From Arenicellales bacterium (lineage in GTDB: Bacteria > Pseudomonadota > Gammaproteobacteria > Arenicellales > Poriferihabitantaceae), in NCBI GenBank assembly GCA_963665165.1, contig OY761989.1, positions 1,775,734 through 1,839,733 on the forward strand: a DNA stretch of 64,000 nt, written 5' to 3'. Every line of letters starts with the position of its first letter. Positions within the stretch are counted from its first letter, which is position 1. Position numbers and translations under genes: made by a program. The notes under the pieces are model-generated. The model saw only the letters and a program-made list of their open reading frames with translations, ran no database searches and was not told where the DNA came from. Positions 57,825-64,000 of this stretch are shown piece by piece.

Positions 57825-59429
57825 ATGAATGAGGACAAATTGATGAATACGAAACACCCCGCGTTACTTGCCGCGGATCCCAAACGACGGGATTTCCTGA
57901 AAACCTCCGGTGTACTCGGACTGGCCGCTTTGACCGGCGCGTCGGAAATCGTTTTTGCCCAGGACAGGAAAATACTCCGGATTCGGACCTATGCCGATAT
58001 GCGCAGTCTGGATCCCGCCTATTCGCAAGGCGTTGTGGACGAGGAAATTCAAAGCAGTATTTACAGCAAGCTGATCCAGTACAAACCAGGCCGGGAATGG
58101 GGATATGAACTGGATGCCGCGGAATCAATCGAGCAAGTGGACGATACCCATATCCGGTTCAAGCTGAAACCGGGAATCCTGTTTACCGGCGGTTTCGGTG
58201 AAATGACCGCTGAAGACGTAAAATACTCTTATGAGCGTATTCTGGATGAATCCCTGGAGTCCACCAATACACCGGACTGGGGTTCCTTGAAGGAAGTCAC
58301 GGTAGAAGGCAAATATGAAGGCGTCATTGTTTTCAATGATCCTTATCCGCCGGCGTGGAATATTGCCTTGCCCTACATTGTAGGCAATATCATCAGTAAA
58401 AAGGCCTGGGAGGAAGCGGGCGGCAAAGTGGACACCACCACGCCCTGCGCGTCCGGACCCTATATGCATCATGAATGGCAACCGAAGCAAAAAACAATTC
58501 TGGTTCGCAATCCGGATTGGCATGGCGGAGAAGCGGCGTTTGACGAAATCCACATCTTTCCCATCGATGATGAAAATACGGCGCAAATCGCATACGAGTC
58601 CGGAGATATAGACTGTACCCGGATTTCATTGGGTTCGGTCGCAAGCCTGAAAGCTTCTCCGCCGGATAATTCCACGATCGAGGAGTATCCTTCCCTGTAT
58701 TATGTCTGGGTGGGAATGAACGTTGAAAATGAAATCATGGCAAATGCCGACCTGCGAAAAGCGATTCAACATTGTATTGATGTTCCCTCCATATTGCAGG
58801 CTTCCTATTTCGGCGCCGCCGAACCCTCGACCGGCATCATTGCGCCAGGTTTGATCGGCCATCGTCCCCAAAGCATGGTTCCGCCGGAAATGAATATCGA
58901 AAAAGCCCGGGAGAGCCTCGCAGCCGCAGGCTTGGGTGACGGTGTCAGCGTCACACTGGACATACTGAACAAATCGGCCAATGTGACCACTGCCCAGGTT
59001 ATCCAGGCGACTTGCGCCCAGGCGGGAATTACCGTTGAAGTCAATTTGCATGAATCCGGCGCATTCTGGTCCCTGGGTGATTCCAGCGCCGGTGAACGGT
59101 ACAAGGATATCCAGCTTATCCTGAACCGGTATTCCATGGCGCCGGACCCTTCTTATGCTACGGCGTGGTTCGTTACCAGCCAAAAAGGTATCTGGAACTG
59201 GGAACGTTACAGCGACCCTCGATTCGATGAACTGGAAGCGGCGGCCAAATCGACTTCGGACGCGGCGCAACGGGACGAAATGTATCGGGAAATGCAGGAT
59301 ATGATGGAAGCCAGCGGCGCTTACCGTTTCATTACCCACGAAGCGACCCCCGTCATATACCGCAACACCATCAGTCCGGCATTTCGCCCGGACGGCCTGC
59401 CGTTGTTGAGATCATTCAGCAGTAGTTGA
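57825..59429 (+). CDS. ABC transporter substrate-binding protein, family 5 (peptide/nickel type), Tat signal
   Basis: DPKRRDFLKTSGVLGLAALTGA twin-arginine leader. The gene is followed by DppBCDF-like genes. ATG at 57825 or 57843. Confidence 0.85.
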   Translation: MNEDKLMNTKHPALLAADPKRRDFLKTSGVLGLAALTGASEIVFAQDRKILRIRTYADMRSLDPAYSQGVVDEEIQSSIYSKLIQYKPGREWGYELDAAESIEQVDDTHIRFKLKPGILFTGGFGEMTAEDVKYSYERILDESLESTNTPDWGSLKEVTVEGKYEGVIVFNDPYPPAWNIALPYIVGNIISKKAWEEAGGKVDTTTPCASGPYMHHEWQPKQKTILVRNPDWHGGEAAFDEIHIFPIDDENTAQIAYESGDIDCTRISLGSVASLKASPPDNSTIEEYPSLYYVWVGMNVENEIMANADLRKAIQHCIDVPSILQASYFGAAEPSTGIIAPGLIGHRPQSMVPPEMNIEKARESLAAAGLGDGVSVTLDILNKSANVTTAQVIQATCAQAGITVEVNLHESGAFWSLGDSSAGERYKDIQLILNRYSMAPDPSYATAWFVTSQKGIWNWERYSDPRFDELEAAAKSTSDAAQRDEMYREMQDMMEASGAYRFITHEATPVIYRNTISPAFRPDGLPLLRSFSSS

Positions 59430-59517
59430 CTGAATCGATTTAGCGGGTTCGGGACGCGGCTGATGCCAAATTAGCCGCGTCAGACCCGGTATATTCCTGG
59501 AATCCCGGCAGCCGATC

Positions 59518-60462
59518 ATGTTTTTCTATATTCTGAAACGGCTCGCATTGAGCATCGTCATTGTAATGCTTGCGGTGACGGTGCTGTTTTGCATGATTCA
59601 TCTTGTTCCAGGCGACCCGGCGCGCATCCTGCTGGGACCCAGGGCAACGCCGGAACTCATTGCAAGCATGTCGGCCCGTATGGGACTGGATTTGCCGCTT
59701 CCCGTGCAAATCCTGCGATTTTTCGGGAATTTGTTCACCGGCGATCTCGGCATGGATGTCATTACCAATCGACCTGTGGCGGATATTGTGTTCAATCAAT
59801 TGCCCTACACGCTCTGGTTGATTTTTTCCGCGATCCTGTTCGCGGCCCTGATCGGCATCCCCCTGGGTTGCTATTCGGCGCTGCACAGAAATACGTGGGC
59901 TGACCGGGTTACCGGAATATTGTCCGTAGGCTGCATTACGGCGCCGGCATTTGTCGTGGCGCTTTATTCATTATTGATATTTGCCGTAACCCTGCATTGG
60001 TTCCCGGCGGTAGGCGCCGGAGAAAAAGGGGATTTCCTGGATCAGGCGGCGCACCTGGTTTTACCCGCGTTCGCTATTGGATTGTCGTGGATCGGATACC
60101 TGGCGAGGCTGGTTCGAGCGTCGATGCTGGAAGTAATGGGCGAGAATCATATTCGAACAGCGCGCGCTTACGGGCTGCCTGAACGAACCATAGTCTATCG
60201 CTACGCATTGAAACTGGCGGTGCTTCCAACCGTGACTGTGATCGGGGTTGGCATGGGGTTTCTTTTGTCTGCGGCCTTGTTTACGGAAATCGTTTTCGCC
60301 CGTCCCGGTATTGGCAAGCTGATTTTCGATTCCATCACGACGAGGAATTACCCGGTAGTGATGGGTTCAGTGTTGATCAGCACCATCCTGTTTGTCATCA
60401 GTACGACTTTATCGGATCTGGTCAACGCGTGGCTTGATCCCAGGATAAGGGCATCTCTGTGA
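59518..60462 (+). CDS. ABC transporter permease (DppB/OppB type)
   Basis: MFFYILKRLALSIVIVMLAVTVLF N-terminus and an EAA-like loop (IRTARAYGLPERTIVYRYALK). Confidence 0.9.
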   Translation: MFFYILKRLALSIVIVMLAVTVLFCMIHLVPGDPARILLGPRATPELIASMSARMGLDLPLPVQILRFFGNLFTGDLGMDVITNRPVADIVFNQLPYTLWLIFSAILFAALIGIPLGCYSALHRNTWADRVTGILSVGCITAPAFVVALYSLLIFAVTLHWFPAVGAGEKGDFLDQAAHLVLPAFAIGLSWIGYLARLVRASMLEVMGENHIRTARAYGLPERTIVYRYALKLAVLPTVTVIGVGMGFLLSAALFTEIVFARPGIGKLIFDSITTRNYPVVMGSVLISTILFVISTTLSDLVNAWLDPRIRASL

Positions 60463-61295
60463 TTGATATACTCAAGCGGATCACCCGCGAACCTTTGGGG
60501 TTTTTTGGTTTGGTCCTGGTTACACTCATTGTGGCCAGCGCGATCCTGGCCAGTGTCATCTCGCCCTATGACCCGGTTGCGTTGAATATTGTCGACCGGC
60601 TTCAGGGTCCGTCCGCCAGGCACTTGCTAGGCACCGACCAACTCGGTCGCGACCTGTTTTCCAGAGTGTTGTTTGGCGGCCAGGTCGCGTTGAAGGTTGC
60701 CCTGGTTTCCATCTCGGCGGCGCTGGGTACCGGCGTATTGCTCGGCATGCTCGCCGGATTCGGCCCCAAGTGGCTGGACCATATCATCATGTTGTTTTTT
60801 GATACGATCCGGTCGTTTCCCACGGTCATGTTCGCACTGGCGACCGTAGCCCTGGTCGGCCCGTCGCTGGGCACGGTTATCGCAGTCATTATTGTCACTT
60901 CGATACCCAACTATGGTCGGGTGGTGCGTACCCAGACACTGGCCATAAAGTCCAATCAGTTTATCCTGGCGGAGCGGGCCATGGGGGTTTCCACCCGGAG
61001 AATTCTTTTTGTACACATTCTGCCCAACGTAATCGGACCGTTGATCATTCTCGCGTCCATGGATATTCCCACTGTCATCGCTCTTGAAGCCGGTTTGAGT
61101 TTTTTGGGTATGGGGGTGAAACCGCCGACCCCGTCATGGGGCAGTATCCTGAATGATGGTTACACCCTGATACGCAATACGCCCTGGCCGATCATTGCTG
61201 GCAGTATCCCCCTCCTGTTGATCACACTCGGCTTCACCTTCCTGGGCGAATCGTTGCGGGACCTGATCGATCCAAAACTCAGGAAAGGGATCTGA
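60459..61295 (+). CDS. ABC transporter permease (DppC/OppC type)
   Basis: HLLGTDQLGRDLFSRVLFG and FILAERAMGVSTRRILFVHILPN. Confidence 0.9.
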   Translation: MIDILKRITREPLGFFGLVLVTLIVASAILASVISPYDPVALNIVDRLQGPSARHLLGTDQLGRDLFSRVLFGGQVALKVALVSISAALGTGVLLGMLAGFGPKWLDHIIMLFFDTIRSFPTVMFALATVALVGPSLGTVIAVIIVTSIPNYGRVVRTQTLAIKSNQFILAERAMGVSTRRILFVHILPNVIGPLIILASMDIPTVIALEAGLSFLGMGVKPPTPSWGSILNDGYTLIRNTPWPIIAGSIPLLLITLGFTFLGESLRDLIDPKLRKGI

Positions 61296-61304
61296 TCCAT
61301 CCGG

Positions 61305-62273
61305 ATGAACGAAAACGTCCTGACAATCCGGGATTTATCGGTCCATTACGGGACAAGCCGTGGTGAACTCAAAGCGTTGCGGCATGTCAATCTGGATGTG
61401 CCGAAAGGCGCCATTGTCGGCGTGGTCGGCGAAAGCGGATGCGGCAAATCGACTTTGATTTCCTCGATTATCCGTTTATTGGCGGAAAACGCGTCCATAC
61501 CGAATGGAACCATCGAGTTCAGGAACACCGACCTTCTGAAACTGCCTGAAGAAGACATGCGCGCCATTCGCGGGAATCAAATGTCGGTCGTATTCCAGGA
61601 TCCAATGTCAACCTTGAATCCGGTATTATCCATCGGCCGCCAGATGACGGACATACAATATCGCGACAAAAAATCCCGGAGCGAAAAAAACCGGAGGTCA
61701 ATCGAGATGTTGACCAGCGTCGGAATTCCCGACCCGGCCAGCCGACTCAAACAATTCCCTCATGAATTTTCAGGAGGAATGCAGCAACGAATTTCAATTG
61801 CGATGGCATTGCAGGCTGAACCTTCGTTTTTGATCGCCGATGAACCCACCACCGCGCTGGACGCCACACTGGAAGTGCAGATTATTCATCTGCTCAAGGA
61901 ATTGCAGGCGAATATCGGATGCTCCATTTTATTTGTTTCCCATCATCTCGGTGTTATCGCAGAGCTTTGTGATTATGTCGTATTGATGTATGCCGGTGAA
62001 GTGGTCGAACAGGGAACGGTCGCCGGGGTTTTCCATAATCCGGCCCATCCTTATACTGAGCACTTGTTGAAGTGCGACCCGGCCAGTATCTCTACCAAAA
62101 GCCGTACACTGCCAACCATACCGGGAGAAATTCCGGACCTGGTGACCCTGCCGTCCGGTTGTATATTCAAGAATCGTTGTGAGTATGTCATGACGCGATG
62201 TGATACTGAAGTTCCTGAATGGTCGGAGCGTTCCGTGGGCCACTTTGCCAGTTGCCACCGGAGCCTGTCATGA
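61305..62273 (+). CDS. ABC transporter ATP-binding protein (DppD type)
   Basis: Walker A GESGCGKST, signature FSGGMQQR and Walker B FLIADEPTTALD. Confidence 0.9.
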   Translation: MNENVLTIRDLSVHYGTSRGELKALRHVNLDVPKGAIVGVVGESGCGKSTLISSIIRLLAENASIPNGTIEFRNTDLLKLPEEDMRAIRGNQMSVVFQDPMSTLNPVLSIGRQMTDIQYRDKKSRSEKNRRSIEMLTSVGIPDPASRLKQFPHEFSGGMQQRISIAMALQAEPSFLIADEPTTALDATLEVQIIHLLKELQANIGCSILFVSHHLGVIAELCDYVVLMYAGEVVEQGTVAGVFHNPAHPYTEHLLKCDPASISTKSRTLPTIPGEIPDLVTLPSGCIFKNRCEYVMTRCDTEVPEWSERSVGHFASCHRSLS

Positions 62274-63244
62274 ACACGGTTCTCGAAGTCGAGAATGCGC
62301 GAGTACGGTTTCGCAGCATGTCCTCGGTACAGGCATGGATCAAACGGGAGTCCGACCCCTGGATAGATGCGGTTCGCGACGTTTCGCTATCCATAAAAGA
62401 GGGGGAAACATTTACCCTGGTCGGTGAAAGCGGGTCAGGAAAATCAACGCTGGCCATGGCCGTAGCCGGACTGTTGCCCGCGTCGGAGGGTTCGATACGA
62501 TTCAGGGGCCAGGAAGTGACGACCATGAATGGCGCCGGGATGATGGCATACAGAAAACAGATCTCGTTCATGTGGCAAAACCCGGTGGGTTCATTGAGCC
62601 CCAGGCAAAATGTCGGCGCGCTGGTCACCGAACCGTACATCGTCCACGGCCTGACGGAGCGAAACCTGCGGGAGGAGTCGGCGCGGCTGCTGAAGATGGT
62701 CGGACTGCCGGAGCATTTTTCCGCTCGATATCCCCATCAATTGAGTGGCGGGCAAGCGCGGAGAGTGGGCGTGGCGAGAGCGTTGGCGCTGAGTCCAAGG
62801 ATGATTATTGCGGATGAGCCTACCGCGGGTCTGGACGTTTCCGTTCAGGGGGAGATCCTGAATTTGCTGAACAGGTTGCAGGACGAACTGGGTATCAGCA
62901 TGTTCGTCATTACCCACAACCTGAATATCGTCCGGCATATTTCCGACCGCACGGCCATCATGTACCTCGGCAGATTTGTCGAGCAAGGCCCGACCGATGA
63001 CATATTTTCTCATCCGCGGCATCCTTATACTCTGGCGTTGCTGTCCGCCAATCCGGAACCGGACCCCGACGCCAATATTGAACGGATCGAACTGAAAGGC
63101 GAGGTGCCGAGCCTGATGGATCGGCCATCCGGTTGCGAATTCCATACGCGCTGCCCGTTTGCCGCAGAGAATTGCGCCCATGACTTCCCGCCGATTCATG
63201 TTGTCAATGAAAACCACGCGCTGACCTGTCATTACCCCCGTTAA
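62270..63244 (+). CDS. ABC transporter ATP-binding protein (DppF type)
   Basis: GESGSGKST, LSGGQARR and IIADEPTAGLD. ATG 62270 overlaps the upstream stop (ATGA). Confidence 0.9.
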   Translation: MNTVLEVENARVRFRSMSSVQAWIKRESDPWIDAVRDVSLSIKEGETFTLVGESGSGKSTLAMAVAGLLPASEGSIRFRGQEVTTMNGAGMMAYRKQISFMWQNPVGSLSPRQNVGALVTEPYIVHGLTERNLREESARLLKMVGLPEHFSARYPHQLSGGQARRVGVARALALSPRMIIADEPTAGLDVSVQGEILNLLNRLQDELGISMFVITHNLNIVRHISDRTAIMYLGRFVEQGPTDDIFSHPRHPYTLALLSANPEPDPDANIERIELKGEVPSLMDRPSGCEFHTRCPFAAENCAHDFPPIHVVNENHALTCHYPR

Positions 63245-63256
63245 ACGCTTGTACGG

Positions 63257-64000
63257 ATGACCCACTGTATTGACCATCTCTGGATACCCATGCCGGATGG
63301 CGCGAAACTGGGCGCCAGGCTCTGGTTGCCGGATCCAGACCCCGATCCGCCTGTTCCCGCCATTCTGGAATACATCCCCTACCGCAAGGACGATTATTCC
63401 GCGATACGCGATTCAACGACCATCGCCTGGTTCGCAAGCCATGGTTATGCCTGTTTACGGGTGGATATGCGCGGCTCCGGAAGCTCCGACGGCGTCATGG
63501 CGGATGAATACAGCGACCAGGAAATCAATGACGGGGTCAATGTGGTCACCTGGATCGCATCCCAACCATGGTCGGACGGCAATGTCGGGATAATCGGAAT
63601 CTCCTGGGGCGGCATTACCGGGCTGCAACTGGCCCGGCGCAGACCGAAACCCTTGAAGACGGTCATTGCCCTGGGCGCGACCGAATTTCGATACTATGAC
63701 GACGCCGGTTACTACATCGGTTGCATGGTGGGACAGACCATTGGCTGGGCCGCCATGATGTTTGGCTACAATACCCGTCCTCCCGACCCGCTGCTTGCCG
63801 GGCCGGATTGGGAAAGGCTGTGGCGGGACCGGTTGGAGAATACCCCCCATTACCTTGAGCGCTGGCTCGATCATCAACGCGAGGACGACTATTGGTTGCG
63901 CGGAACGACAGGTACGGACTATGACGCGATCGAAATTCCGGTTTACGCAGTCAGCGGGCATGCCGATTGCTGGCCCAATACGGTTCCCCGTTTACTTGAA
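63257..64000 (+). CDS. CocE/NonD-family (X-Pro dipeptidyl-peptidase S15) hydrolase, N-terminal part (continues beyond window)
   Basis: The frame is open from ATG 63257 to the window end: MTHCIDHLWIPMPDGAKLGARLWLP...ILEYIPYRKDD...VDMRGSGSSDG...GIIGISWGG. Confidence 0.8.
   Translation, partial: MTHCIDHLWIPMPDGAKLGARLWLPDPDPDPPVPAILEYIPYRKDDYSAIRDSTTIAWFASHGYACLRVDMRGSGSSDGVMADEYSDQEINDGVNVVTWIASQPWSDGNVGIIGISWGGITGLQLARRRPKPLKTVIALGATEFRYYDDAGYYIGCMVGQTIGWAAMMFGYNTRPPDPLLAGPDWERLWRDRLENTPHYLERWLDHQREDDYWLRGTTGTDYDAIEIPVYAVSGHADCWPNTVPRLLE

Overview
This is a GC-rich chromosomal segment of gammaproteobacterial type; the species cannot be named from the sequence alone. Core genes: an MttB-family methyltransferase, two DMGDH-family dehydrogenases (one cut by the left window edge, one followed by a TRAP transporter), a frameshifted putA, ampD, two tandem CNNM/CBS genes and ppk1. 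Also present are the rpmH-rnpA-yidD-yidC-mnmE and mnmG block, an MFS/decarboxylase/GGT/DMT group, an RND pump, MscS, MATE, dgkA, a FAH-family gene and a Dpp/Opp-type ABC importer followed by a CocE/NonD hydrolase. Accessory content falls in two places. (1) An AT-richer patch of about 8.7 kb between putA and tRNA-Phe (8.9-17.6 kb) is a mosaic of intact modules (AbiEi/AbiEii, zeta toxin plus antitoxin) and decayed ones (orphan FitA-, Phd-, DUF2384- and HigA-type antitoxins, hsdR and hsdM stubs, an internally deleted abiEi copy). It also holds two lone proteins with HEPN-like Rx4H motifs. Its inner 6 kb is bounded by a 45-bp direct repeat of the tRNA-Phe 3' half, and no integrase is visible. (2) A GmrSD-like gene plus MazEF lie at 49.8-52.2 kb. 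The most unusual feature is a two-gene pair wedged between mnmE and mnmG: a MotA/ExbB-like channel protein and a 604-aa single-TM ExbD/TolR-like protein with about 460 aa of coiled coil. That coil contains near-identical 168-bp tandem repeats, each exactly 8 heptads. All calls come from reading translations and motifs by eye; no database search was possible.
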